From positions 1 through 53,308 of the IMG/VR virus record IMGVR_UViG_3300005836_000021: DNA of 53,308 nt, one strand, 5' to 3'. The DNA is from a virus. Position 1 is the first letter of the stretch, and the number at the start of each line of letters is the position of its first letter. The notes under the pieces are model-generated. The model did not search any database. It saw only the letters and a program-made list of their open reading frames with translations, and was not told the origin of the DNA. The position numbers and the translations under genes were made by a program. Positions 16,577 to 25,420 of the stretch are shown here, in pieces.

Positions 16577-17214
16577 TGGCGGACAAACCCAGAACGAAGC
16601 CCTACATTTGGGTCTCGTGGATCACCAAATTGCTCAGCAGGGAAGACCGGTGCTGGTACAAGGGGTGGTTCAAGGCGCACCACCAGTACGACCGGGTTCC
16701 GGACGACCCAGAGCGCAAGGACTTCTTCAAGAAGTACCAAGAGCTGCACGACGCCATCACCACCATGCGGGCCAACCAACTGCGTGCCGAGGGGTACACC
16801 GTAAAGGTAGAGGACGACGCGGCCTTCAAGCTGGTGGGCGACAAGGCTGACGTAGCGGCCAAGCCCGACCTGGCCGCCGTCAAGGACGGCACCGTGCTGG
16901 TGTGTGACGCCAAGTCCGGCAAGCCCCGCGACAGCGACCACTGGCAGGTGCTCATCTACATGCTGGGCCTTCCCATGTCCTGGGCCAAGGGGTTGGCCGT
17001 GCGTGGCGAGGTGCAGTACAAGGACGGGCCCCCTGTGCCCGTGCGCCCGTTGGGCAAGGTGGAGCGCGAGGCCATCGTGGCCACAGTGCAGCGGTTGGCA
17101 CAGGATGCCGCGCCCGAACCCGTGCCCAGCCCGGGCGAGTGCAGGTACTGCGACGTGGCCAGTTGCACGGCCAGGTACACCGCCCCCGAGGGCAGTGCGG
17201 CGGGGCTGTTTTGA
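16576..17214 (+). CDS. Cas4 / RecB-like PD-(D/E)xK exonuclease with a C-terminal Cys cluster
   Basis: VLVCDAKSGKP...HWQVLIY is the nuclease core, and CRYCDVASC is an Fe-S-type Cys cluster. An N-terminal Cys is at REDRCWY. Confidence 0.65.
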   Translation: MADKPRTKPYIWVSWITKLLSREDRCWYKGWFKAHHQYDRVPDDPERKDFFKKYQELHDAITTMRANQLRAEGYTVKVEDDAAFKLVGDKADVAAKPDLAAVKDGTVLVCDAKSGKPRDSDHWQVLIYMLGLPMSWAKGLAVRGEVQYKDGPPVPVRPLGKVEREAIVATVQRLAQDAAPEPVPSPGECRYCDVASCTARYTAPEGSAAGLF

Positions 17215-17453
17215 TTCCCGGGTCCAGGGCCTTGTTCGATTTCCCGCGCAGCAAACCGGGGGTGCCTTGCCGCGTGTGCCAATTGCCCCCCGCAGTGCTG
17301 GCCGAGATCATGGCCGAACGTGCCAAGCCCAACCCCCGGTCGTTCAGCACCATCAGCAGATGGCTGCTGGCAGAACACAACATCCAAATCGGATTCCAGT
17401 CCCTGGGGCACCACGTGCGTGAGGGGCATCCCAACACAGGAGGTAAACCTTGA
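17211..17453 (+). CDS. Small putative DNA-binding protein (80 aa)
   Basis: TTG start in a TTGA overlap. CRVCQLPPAVLAEIMAERA...STISRWLLAEHNI looks HTH-like. Confidence 0.4.
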   Translation: MIPGSRALFDFPRSKPGVPCRVCQLPPAVLAEIMAERAKPNPRSFSTISRWLLAEHNIQIGFQSLGHHVREGHPNTGGKP

Positions 17454-18535
17454 GCACACCCCTTGCCGAGTTCGATGCTGCGCCCGATGACGTGACCGCG
17501 AAGTTGGCGCGGCTGGAGGACGACCTACGCCTGGCCCGGGCGGCCACCGCGGGAGCGAACAAACGTGCAGCCGCAGCCGAACGCCTGCGCGAACTGGTAT
17601 TCGGGCTTCGCAGCGCCCCGGTGGAAACCCCGGACTGGGCCCTGGAGCGCAGCCAGGCCAGCGGAGCCCCCCACGTGGCAGTGCTGGTCACCAGCGACTT
17701 CCAGTGGGGAGAGGTGATCGACCCCGAAAACATGGATGGCGTGAACCAGTTCAACGTGGCCATCGCTGAGCAGCGGTACCGCACGCTGGTGGAACGCACC
17801 ATCGACATCAGCTTCAAACACCTGCCGGCCAACCGGTACAGCGGCCTGGTGTACCTGCGCCTGGGCGACCAGGTCAGTGGGGACATCCACGCCGACCTCA
17901 GGGAAAGCAACGAGCTGAGCGCCATCCCAGCGGTGCGCAGCCTGGTGGCAGCGGAGACCTGGGGCTTGCAGCAACTGGCCGACGCCTTCGGAAAGGTGCA
18001 CGTGGTCAGCGTGCCGGGCAACCACGGGCGGTACCAGGTCAAACCACCAACGAAGAAGATCAGCGATAACTACGACACCCTCAGCGCCTGGTGGCTGCAA
18101 AGCGAGTTCAAGGGTGACCCCAGGTTCACGTGGCAGACCCCCAACAGCACCGACGCGGTGTTCGAGCTGCACGGGCGCCTATACCTGGCCACCCATGGTG
18201 ACAACATCGGCAGCCGGGGTGGCCAGGGCTTCATTGGGCCCGCGGCCACCATTCTGCGGGGCATGAAGATGACCATGGACGAATACGCCACCCGCGGGGT
18301 GGCCCTTTCCAAGATGTTCGTTGGGCACTTCCATAGCGCCTTCGACCTGGGGCGCGGCTGGTCGAATGGCAGCCTTCCGGGATACAGCGAGTTCGCCCGG
18401 GTCAACCGCATGACCCCCGAGCCACCCATCCAGTGGCTGATCTACTTCCACCCGCGCTATGGGGCCACCAGCCAATGGAAACTTCTGCTGGCGACGGAGC
18501 CCCAGGGCGCCCCAAAGGAGGAACCATTCGCATGA
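17450..18535 (+). CDS. Calcineurin-like metallophosphoesterase (Mre11/SbcD-type fold)
   Basis: The ordered motifs are VLVTSDFQWG, GDQVSGD, VPGNHG, ATHGD and VGHFH. Confidence 0.7.
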   Translation: MSTPLAEFDAAPDDVTAKLARLEDDLRLARAATAGANKRAAAAERLRELVFGLRSAPVETPDWALERSQASGAPHVAVLVTSDFQWGEVIDPENMDGVNQFNVAIAEQRYRTLVERTIDISFKHLPANRYSGLVYLRLGDQVSGDIHADLRESNELSAIPAVRSLVAAETWGLQQLADAFGKVHVVSVPGNHGRYQVKPPTKKISDNYDTLSAWWLQSEFKGDPRFTWQTPNSTDAVFELHGRLYLATHGDNIGSRGGQGFIGPAATILRGMKMTMDEYATRGVALSKMFVGHFHSAFDLGRGWSNGSLPGYSEFARVNRMTPEPPIQWLIYFHPRYGATSQWKLLLATEPQGAPKEEPFA

Positions 18536-18870
18536 AGGTTGCCTATGTTGCCGGGCCGTTCCGGGGGCCCAACGCCTGGGTCATCGAAGAGAACATCCGC
18601 AGGGCCGAGCGCCTGGCCCTGGACCTGTGGGCGGCAGGGTTTGCAGTGATCTGCCCCCACACCAACACCCGGTTCTATCAGGGTGCGCTGCCAGACAACG
18701 TGTGGCTGGACGGCGACCTCGAGATCCTGGCCCGGTGCGACTTGCTGGTGTGCACGCCCGACTGGGAGCGCAGCAGCGGGGCACGAGCTGAGGTGGCCTT
18801 TGCACGCAGCCGAGGTATACCGGTGGTGGCCACGGTAGAAGAGGCGCGTCGGCATAGGGAGGGGCAATGA
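18532..18870 (+). CDS. Nucleoside 2-deoxyribosyltransferase-like protein (DUF4406-like)
   Basis: MKVAYVAGPFRGPN...AVICPHTN...DLLVC is the typical short NDT-like layout. ATGA overlap. Confidence 0.55.
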   Translation: MKVAYVAGPFRGPNAWVIEENIRRAERLALDLWAAGFAVICPHTNTRFYQGALPDNVWLDGDLEILARCDLLVCTPDWERSSGARAEVAFARSRGIPVVATVEEARRHREGQ

Positions 18871-19295
18871 GCGACCTGCCTGCGTGGTGCGTGTCGCACC
18901 AGCGCCACGGGTGTCCCACCTGCACCACGGCCAACCCAAAGGACTTGATTGGGGTCACCAAGACCCCCGCCCTGTCCGTGGTGCCGGCGGCCAGCCTGTT
19001 GTACGAGGCCCAGGCCATGCGGGACGGGGCCCGCAAGTACGGGGCGTACAACTGGCGCGAGCACCCCGTGCGTGCCAGCATCTATATCGACGCCTGTGTG
19101 CGGCACCTGATGGCCTGGTACGACGGTGAGGCCGTGGCCAGCGACAGCGGACAGCCGCACCTTGGCCACGCCAAGGCGTGCCTGGGCATCTTGGCCGATG
19201 CCATCGAGACCGGCAACCTGGTCGACGACCGGCCAACCCCCGGGCCCGCGGCTGCCCTGCTCGAACGGTACAAGGTGCAGGGGCCTGGGAAGTGA
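18867..19295 (+). CDS. dATP/dGTP diphosphohydrolase-like (MazZ N-terminal / DUF5664-like) protein
   Basis: GARKYGAYNWRE...YIDACVRHLMAWYDGE..DSGQPHLGHA resembles that family as I recall it. This needs an HMM check. Confidence 0.45.
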   Translation: MSDLPAWCVSHQRHGCPTCTTANPKDLIGVTKTPALSVVPAASLLYEAQAMRDGARKYGAYNWREHPVRASIYIDACVRHLMAWYDGEAVASDSGQPHLGHAKACLGILADAIETGNLVDDRPTPGPAAALLERYKVQGPGK

Positions 19296-20833
19296 CTTCA
19301 GATCTGTACGCCCACCAGGCCGTGGGCGTACAACGCATCAAGGCACAGCCCGAGTTCTGGATCGGCGACGAGCCAGGGGCAGGCAAAACCAGGCAGGCCA
19401 TCAAGGCTGCTCAGGACCTGTATCTGGCCGGTGCCGTGGACCACGTGGTGGTGGTGGCGCCCGCCCAGGTGTTCCGTACGGTGTGGTACGACCCGGGCCT
19501 GGGCCAGATACGCGAGTACCTTGACGTTCCCTCCATGGTGCGCGAGTACCGCCCCAAGGGCCGCACCTGGGCCACCCCCGACGCAGGGCCCAAGGCACTG
19601 GCCTGGACGGTGGCCAACTACGAACTGGTGCGCAAGCCCGAGCGCATGGCGCCACTGATGCGCGCAGCGGGGCCCAACACCATGCTCATACTGGATGAGA
19701 GCCTGGCTGTGAAGTCGCCCACCAGCCAAACCACCCACGCCATCTATGACCTGCGCCAACGGTGTGGCCGCGTGCTGTTACTGAACGGAACCGAGGGTGG
19801 TGGCGACACCCCGGGCGATGTGTATGCCCAGGCCAAGATCATGAGCCCCAAGATACTGGGGTGTCGCCACTGGTACGAGTTCCGCGCACGGTACGCGGTC
19901 ATGGGAGGGTACCGCCGGCTTCAAAACGTGCGGCAGCCAGACGGCAAGTGGCGCAAGCAGTGGGTACCCATGGAGGTTGAGCGCTGGGTGAACATCGACG
20001 ACCTGTGGCAGCGCATGGCTCCGTACTACCTGCGCAGGACGAAGGCCGAATGCCTGGACCTGCCGGCCAAGATACCGCCCGTGGCTATAGAGGTGCCGCT
20101 GCGCGCCAGCACCTGGTCGCTGTACAAGGCCATGCGTGCAGACAGCATGGCGTACCTGCGCGGGGGTGGGCTGGTAACTGCACAGCAAGCGGGCGTCAGG
20201 GGCCTGCGTTTGGCTCAGTTGTGCAGTGGGTTCCTGGGCGGGGTGCGGGCCCTTGACGACGAGGGCATGCCGTACGGCGAGCCCGATACCAAGGAAGTCG
20301 GCACCGAGAAACAAGAGGCCCTGCTCGAGTGGTTTGCCGGGCGCCTGGTGGCCGACCCCAACGCGAAGCTGCTGCTGTGGTGTCGATTCCGTGGCGAGGC
20401 CGAGCGCACCGCCCGGGCGTTCGCTGAAGCGTTTGAGGGCCTGGCTGTGGGCAAGCTGGTGGGCGGCCAAACCCGCGACGAGCGAGATGCGGCTGTTGCC
20501 CTGCTGGACCCGCGCACGGCGCCCACGGGGCCCGTGGTGCTGGTAGGTACCGAAACAGCGGGGCGGTTCGGGCTCAACCTGTCGGCCGCGTACCTTGTGG
20601 CACACTTGAGCAGCGGGTTCAGCCACATCGACCGCACACAGGCCGACGACAGGCCGCACCGCCCAGGGCAGGTGCACCACATTGAATACTTCGACTTCGT
20701 GGCCACAGGGCCACAGGGCCAGCGCACCCTCGACCACGTGGTGCTGCGCGAGCTGCGCGACAAAGGCAACGTGGCCGCCTGGGGCGCGGCCGAGTGGTTG
20801 CGCGCCTTGCAAGAGGAGCGGGTTCCGTGGTAG
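19292..20833 (+). CDS. SNF2-family (SF2) helicase/translocase
   Basis: GDEPGAGKT is Walker A and MLILDESLAV is the DExx box, followed by a C-terminal helicase domain. GTG start in a GTGA overlap. Confidence 0.8.
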   Translation: MTSDLYAHQAVGVQRIKAQPEFWIGDEPGAGKTRQAIKAAQDLYLAGAVDHVVVVAPAQVFRTVWYDPGLGQIREYLDVPSMVREYRPKGRTWATPDAGPKALAWTVANYELVRKPERMAPLMRAAGPNTMLILDESLAVKSPTSQTTHAIYDLRQRCGRVLLLNGTEGGGDTPGDVYAQAKIMSPKILGCRHWYEFRARYAVMGGYRRLQNVRQPDGKWRKQWVPMEVERWVNIDDLWQRMAPYYLRRTKAECLDLPAKIPPVAIEVPLRASTWSLYKAMRADSMAYLRGGGLVTAQQAGVRGLRLAQLCSGFLGGVRALDDEGMPYGEPDTKEVGTEKQEALLEWFAGRLVADPNAKLLLWCRFRGEAERTARAFAEAFEGLAVGKLVGGQTRDERDAAVALLDPRTAPTGPVVLVGTETAGRFGLNLSAAYLVAHLSSGFSHIDRTQADDRPHRPGQVHHIEYFDFVATGPQGQRTLDHVVLRELRDKGNVAAWGAAEWLRALQEERVPW

Positions 20834-20852
20834 GCTTACAGAAGGAGGCCAA

Positions 20853-21380
20853 ATGGCTGGGAAATACGCAGTTCTAGCGGCACGGATCCCCAAGGCCACG
20901 GCCTGGGGTGGCAGGTTTGCCGACGCCGAGGAGAGCGCACGGCAGGGAAAGATCGAGGAGCACAAGGCCACCATCAAGGACCGGAGGCCCAGCGCCCTGG
21001 CCAAGCTGTATGACAGCCTGCGGGCCAAGCTGGACACGGCCTCGGCCGTCACCAAGGCCCTGGGGGTGCAGGTGGCTGCGGCGGAACAACTGCTGTGGGA
21101 AGCCTACGAGGGCGAAGGGATCGAAAAGCTGGACCTGGCCGGAGGGGGCCTGGTCAGCGTGACCGAGGACATTACCGTGGCTGTGGAGAACAGGACCGCG
21201 TTGAACGCCTGGGCCATGGCCAACGGGCTGGGCAGCATGATGACCCTGTACAGCGCCACCGTGGAGTCGGTCACCAAGGAGCGCCTGCTGGCGGGCGCAC
21301 CGCTGCCGAAAGGGGTCAAGGTGGGTTCGTACAAGAAGACAACGTACCGCAGGGGCAAGGCCCCAGTGGCAACCGAATAA
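20853..21380 (+). CDS. Hypothetical protein (175 aa), possibly Gp157-like
   Basis: AAGGAGG lies upstream. It sits next to an SSB-like gene. The family assignment is only a recollection. Confidence 0.4.
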   Translation: MAGKYAVLAARIPKATAWGGRFADAEESARQGKIEEHKATIKDRRPSALAKLYDSLRAKLDTASAVTKALGVQVAAAEQLLWEAYEGEGIEKLDLAGGGLVSVTEDITVAVENRTALNAWAMANGLGSMMTLYSATVESVTKERLLAGAPLPKGVKVGSYKKTTYRRGKAPVATE

Positions 21381-21390
21381 ACGAGGTAAC

Positions 21391-22152
21391 ATGGCACAAA
21401 ACAAGACGACCGCAGTTGCGAAGGCGCCCACGGGGGCGCTGGCACGGCCCAGCTTCATCAAAGCTGGGGACACCAGGGGCACCGAGAACATCAGCCCCGA
21501 GGATCTCCGCATTCCACGCCTGGCCTTGGCCCAGGCCCTGTCGCCCGAACTGAAGAAGGGCGACCCGAAGTACATCGAGGAGCTGGAGTTCGGCCAGGCG
21601 TTCAACAGCATCACGGGCCAGGTGTACGGCAAGGGCCCCGTGGAGGTGGTGGTGGTGCGCGCCGACAAGGCGCGCTGGATCGAGTTCGACCCCAAGAACA
21701 GGGGCGTGATCCTGGACCGCGACGTGCCGGCGGGCGACAAGCGCACCGAGTGGGGCAGTGGCGAAGACGGCAAGCCCGCGGCCACCAAGTTCCTGGAGTT
21801 CGTGGCGCTGTTGCTGCCCACCCTGGAGCCGATCGCGCTCAGCTTCAAGGGCAGCGGCATCAAGGCGGGCCAGTTGGTGAGCACCTTGATCAAGCTGAAG
21901 GCTGCCCAGTTGGGTGGCGCCCCCAGCTTTGCGTTCAAGCTCAGCTTGACCACGGGGCTGGAGAAGAACGCGAAGGGCGAGTACGCGGTGTTCGTGCCGC
22001 GCCTGACCGACACCGTGGGCGAGGAAACCTACGCAGCGGCCAGCGCCTTCTATGACAGCATCAAGGACCAGGCCCTGGCCCCTGACGAAACCGCGGCTGG
22101 CGAGCCCGAGTCCCACCCGGCTGACAGCGACAAGGACGACGTCCCCTTCTAG
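21391..22152 (+). CDS. Putative ssDNA-binding / recombination-associated protein with an acidic SSB-type tail
   Basis: The C-terminus ...DSDKDDVPF resembles the SSB tip DDDIPF. Confidence 0.45.
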   Translation: MAQNKTTAVAKAPTGALARPSFIKAGDTRGTENISPEDLRIPRLALAQALSPELKKGDPKYIEELEFGQAFNSITGQVYGKGPVEVVVVRADKARWIEFDPKNRGVILDRDVPAGDKRTEWGSGEDGKPAATKFLEFVALLLPTLEPIALSFKGSGIKAGQLVSTLIKLKAAQLGGAPSFAFKLSLTTGLEKNAKGEYAVFVPRLTDTVGEETYAAASAFYDSIKDQALAPDETAAGEPESHPADSDKDDVPF

Positions 22153-22171
22153 CACGGCGCACATGCCGCAG

Positions 22172-22198
22172 GGGGTGCAGGCGTAGGGCCTGCACCCC
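22172..22198 (+). terminator. GC-rich hairpin (ggggtgcaggc / gcctgcacccc, 5-nt loop)
   Basis: Read directly, 20 nt after the stop at 22152. No U-tract follows. Confidence 0.45.
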
Positions 22199-22220
22199 AC
22201 CACCTACACCAAGGAGGCGC

Positions 22221-23078
22221 ATGGGCTGCCCTGCTGGTTTGGAAGCGAAGCGGTGTTGGGCCCACTTCGACCTGGTTCCGCGCCCAGGTAAGAAGCCGGC
22301 CAAGGTTCCGACCGCACGGGTCAACGACCCCAGCGGCTGGCTGTTGTACAGCGAGGCCGTGGCCACCATGGGGCGGCACGCTGGGCTGGCCGTGCTGCTG
22401 GGCGACGGCCTGGCCGGAATTGACGTGGACGGATGCGACAAGGACCCCGACAAGGTGGAGGCCCTGCTGGACCAGTGCAAGGGAGCCTATGTGGAGCCCA
22501 GCATCAGCGGGGGTGGCCTGCACATTCTGGGCGCCGCGCCCAGGCTGGGGTTCGAACTGGACCTGCGGGGCACGCCCCACATATGCACGGCCTGGACCAC
22601 TGCGCGGTTCTTCGTGTACCTGGGCACGGGGCGGGGGTCGGTTGCGCGCGATCTGACCGGGGTTGTCGACCGGTGGGCACCGGCACCGGCGGCCTTGCCC
22701 GCTGCGCCGGTGGGCGACCTGCGGTGGCAGTTCGACGATGAACGGGTGGTGGTGCACGCCACCCTGGCCGCCAATGGTGACAAGTTCGCCCAGTTGTACG
22801 CGGCGGGCAACCTAGAGGGGTTCGCCAGCCAAAGCGAGGCCGACTGCGCCCTGGCCAGCATGCTGGCCTTTTGGTGTAACAGCACGGAGCAGATCGACCG
22901 GGTGTTTCGCACCAGCGCGCTGTACCGCCCCAAGTGGGAAGTGAACACCTATCGCAACAGCACCCTGCGCAGGGCGGCCCGGTTCATTCAACGGGTTGCG
23001 CCTGCGGGCCCGCGCGAGCGGGCTGACGCCCCCGTGGTGCAGCGCGAACGGTTGGATGCCCCAGTGGTGGCTCGATGA
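22221..23078 (+). CDS. Primase-polymerase (AEP) with a PriCT-2-like domain
   Basis: AGIDVDGCD is the DxD motif and SISGGGLHIL the sGxGxH motif. SQSEADCALASMLAFW is PriCT-like. AAGGAGG lies upstream. Confidence 0.7.
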   Translation: MGCPAGLEAKRCWAHFDLVPRPGKKPAKVPTARVNDPSGWLLYSEAVATMGRHAGLAVLLGDGLAGIDVDGCDKDPDKVEALLDQCKGAYVEPSISGGGLHILGAAPRLGFELDLRGTPHICTAWTTARFFVYLGTGRGSVARDLTGVVDRWAPAPAALPAAPVGDLRWQFDDERVVVHATLAANGDKFAQLYAAGNLEGFASQSEADCALASMLAFWCNSTEQIDRVFRTSALYRPKWEVNTYRNSTLRRAARFIQRVAPAGPRERADAPVVQRERLDAPVVAR

Positions 23079-24622
23079 TCCGCATTGTGGCGGGCGAGAT
23101 CCCGCGCATGACCGATGAGGCAGAGGCCGAACTACTGGCCCAGGGCACCGCCATCTATGTGCGCGGTGGGGAACTGGTGCACCCGGTGCACCTTGACCAT
23201 GCCACGATCGAGGGGGTGCGCAGGCCAGCGGGTGCCGTGATGCTGGTGCCATGTACCCAGGCTTGGACTTACGAGCAGACTTGCAAAGTTGCCACCTGGC
23301 TGAAGTACCTGCCGGGCCAGGGTGGCCGCTGGGTCAACGCCGACCCCCCGCCCGTGGTCACCACCACCTTGCTGGGCCGCACCGCGGCGGGGTGGCGGTT
23401 CCCGACACTGCGGGGGGTCAGCACTACCCCCACCCTGACGGCCACCGGCAGGCTGCTGCAAGACCCTGGGTTCGACCCGGACAGTGGCATGCTGCTGGAC
23501 CTACAGGATCAGTTCCCACGGGTGCCCGAACACCCCACGCAGGCCGATGCGGGGGCGGCCCTGGCCGTGCTGGCCCACCCCCTGCGCGCCATGCCCTTCT
23601 GTACCCCCGCCGACAAGGCCGTGGCCCTGTCGGCAGTGCTCACGGCCCTGATACGGCCTGCGCTGCACACGGCGCCGCTGCATGCGTTCGATGCACCCAC
23701 CGCAGGCACGGGCAAGTCGCTGCTGTGCGACTACATTGGAATCGTGAAGACCGGGCACACCCTGCCGGCCATGTCCCAGGGCAAGACGGACGAGGAAAAC
23801 GAAAAGCGCCTCAGCGCGGTGTTGCGCGCAGGCGACCCGGTGCTGCTGATCGACAACTGCGACCGCCCCCTGGAGGGCGACTTCCTGTGCAGCCTGCTGA
23901 CCCAGGAGGTGGTGCAAGCCCGAATCCTGGGGCTCAGCGAACGCATGGTATTGCCCAGTACCAGCCTGGTGGTGGCCAGCGGGAACAACATCATCACCCG
24001 CGGCGACGTAACCAGGCGCACGGTGGTGTGTAGGATCGACGCCCAGGCCGAGCGCCCTGACGAACGGGCCTTCGACTTCGACCTGCTGGCCGAGGCCAGG
24101 GACACCCGTGGGGCCCTGGTGGTGGCGGGCCTGACCGTGCTGCTGGCATACCACCAAGCGGGCAGGCCCGTGCCCTCGGGGTTCAAGCCCATGGGTTCGT
24201 TCAATGATTGGGCCTGGGTGCGTGGCGCCCTGCTGTGGGCTGGTGCTGCCGACCCCGCCGACACCCGCATGGCTGTGGCCTCGGTGGACAGCGACAAGTC
24301 AGAATTGCTCGACATCATGCACCTGTGGGAACAGGCATTTGGCCAGCAGTGGCACCCAGTCAAGGACGTGCACTGGGCCAACGACATGGACAACCACACC
24401 CAAGGCGCCCAGCCCGAGGGCATTGCGGCTCTGGAGGCCATGTTCCTCGAGGTCACCAATCGGCACGACTGGTCTCCCAAGGCTGTGGGCCGTTGGCTGT
24501 TGCGGCACAAGGGGCGCATGGTTGCTGGCAAGGTGTTCAACGGCAAGTTGAACCCGAACGGGGTCATGGTGTGGCAATTGGCCCGGCCCACCGAGGAACG
24601 AGAACCAGGGGAAGAGGGATGA
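23075..24622 (+). CDS. P-loop NTPase / replicative helicase partner of the primase (SF3-like)
   Basis: DAPTAGTGKSLL is Walker A and PVLLIDNCD is Walker B. ATGA overlap with the primase gene. Confidence 0.65.
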   Translation: MIRIVAGEIPRMTDEAEAELLAQGTAIYVRGGELVHPVHLDHATIEGVRRPAGAVMLVPCTQAWTYEQTCKVATWLKYLPGQGGRWVNADPPPVVTTTLLGRTAAGWRFPTLRGVSTTPTLTATGRLLQDPGFDPDSGMLLDLQDQFPRVPEHPTQADAGAALAVLAHPLRAMPFCTPADKAVALSAVLTALIRPALHTAPLHAFDAPTAGTGKSLLCDYIGIVKTGHTLPAMSQGKTDEENEKRLSAVLRAGDPVLLIDNCDRPLEGDFLCSLLTQEVVQARILGLSERMVLPSTSLVVASGNNIITRGDVTRRTVVCRIDAQAERPDERAFDFDLLAEARDTRGALVVAGLTVLLAYHQAGRPVPSGFKPMGSFNDWAWVRGALLWAGAADPADTRMAVASVDSDKSELLDIMHLWEQAFGQQWHPVKDVHWANDMDNHTQGAQPEGIAALEAMFLEVTNRHDWSPKAVGRWLLRHKGRMVAGKVFNGKLNPNGVMVWQLARPTEEREPGEEG

Positions 24623-24924
24623 GGCGCAAGCCCGCCATCCGCATCGTGTTTGCCCCACTGGCGCGGCGGGGTGCCATCAAAGGAGACCTGCGGCACCTAC
24701 ACGGTCAGGCGCAGGGCCGCACCATCTGGCTGGACCCCAGGCTGCCCGACGTGGGCGCCACGCTGCTGCACGAACTGCTGCACGTGCGGCACCCTGGGTG
24801 GCCCGAGGAAAAGGTGGTGGCCGAAGAAACCCTACGCTGGCAGCGCATGGGGTGGCGCCAGAAGGCCCGGCTGTACCAGATGCTGGGTGGCGCGATCTTG
24901 GAGGGTGAGCAACCCCAGGGTTAG
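24619..24924 (+). CDS. Small HExxH metallopeptidase-like protein (101 aa)
   Basis: LLHELLHVRHPGW. ATGA overlap. Confidence 0.5.
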   Translation: MRRKPAIRIVFAPLARRGAIKGDLRHLHGQAQGRTIWLDPRLPDVGATLLHELLHVRHPGWPEEKVVAEETLRWQRMGWRQKARLYQMLGGAILEGEQPQG

Positions 24925-24939
24925 GGCCCTGGGGTTGCT
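24908..24939. terminator. Bidirectional terminator hairpin between the convergent arms
   Basis: The 13-bp arms agcaaccccaggg / ccctggggttgct were read directly. The loop contains the stop codon of 24619..24924, and the hairpin ends 9 nt before the minus-strand stop at 24948. Confidence 0.6.
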
Positions 24940-24947
24940 GCTAGGTG

Positions 24948-25214
24948 TTACTCGCTGAAGGCCTCGCGGGGCGCTGGCTCTGCCACGCCCGGGTCCCAGG
25001 TGCGTGGGATGTGGTATTCGATGCCGGCATCGGCCAGGGTTTGGATGGCCGCTGCGCGGGTGGTAACATCTCCGGCGCTGACGTTTTCGTCAGCTTCCGC
25101 ATCCAGCGCCACCACGGTGGCCACGGTGGCCGCCACGGCGCCCACGCGCTCCGCGTAGGACTTACCGTCATCCTGGGGCTGCACCCCCAGGCGTTCCTCG
25201 TTCAGGATGGACAT
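24948..25214 (-). CDS. Hypothetical acidic protein (88 aa), last gene of the late operon
   Basis: Track ORF. Confidence 0.5.
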   Translation of the reverse strand: MSILNEERLGVQPQDDGKSYAERVGAVAATVATVVALDAEADENVSAGDVTTRAAAIQTLADAGIEYHIPRTWDPGVAEPAPREAFSE

Positions 25215-25228
25215 CTAGTTCACCTCCT

Positions 25229-25420
25229 TCATACCTGGGTGGGCACACACACCCAGGGTCGTTCGGGGCACAGGTCCAACGGCCTGCGCTTCTCGACTTG
25301 TGGGCTGGGGCTGGGCACGGGTTCGGGTGCGGGTACCACCACGCGGCCCGCGGTGTAGAAACCCAGGCCGACCCACGCAGCCAACCACACCAGCAACGCC
25401 ACCAGCACCAGGGCCCGCAT
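25229..25420 (-). CDS. Small membrane-anchored Pro-rich protein (63 aa; alternative start at 25435)
   Basis: MRALVLVALLVWLAAWVGLGFY is a TM segment, followed by PAPEPVPSPSP. TGATG junction with the upstream fibre gene. Confidence 0.45.
   Translation of the reverse strand: MRALVLVALLVWLAAWVGLGFYTAGRVVVPAPEPVPSPSPQVEKRRPLDLCPERPWVCVPTQV

Noticed and set aside
18532-19295. Possibility of a 2-aminoadenine (Z-base) or hypermodified-thymidine genome
   Set aside because: I saw no PurZ-like adenylosuccinate-synthetase homolog, no dUMP hydroxymethylase or thymidylate-synthase homolog, and no 5-hmdU kinase among the ORFs. Only generic nucleotide-pool genes are present, so this specific claim is unsupported.
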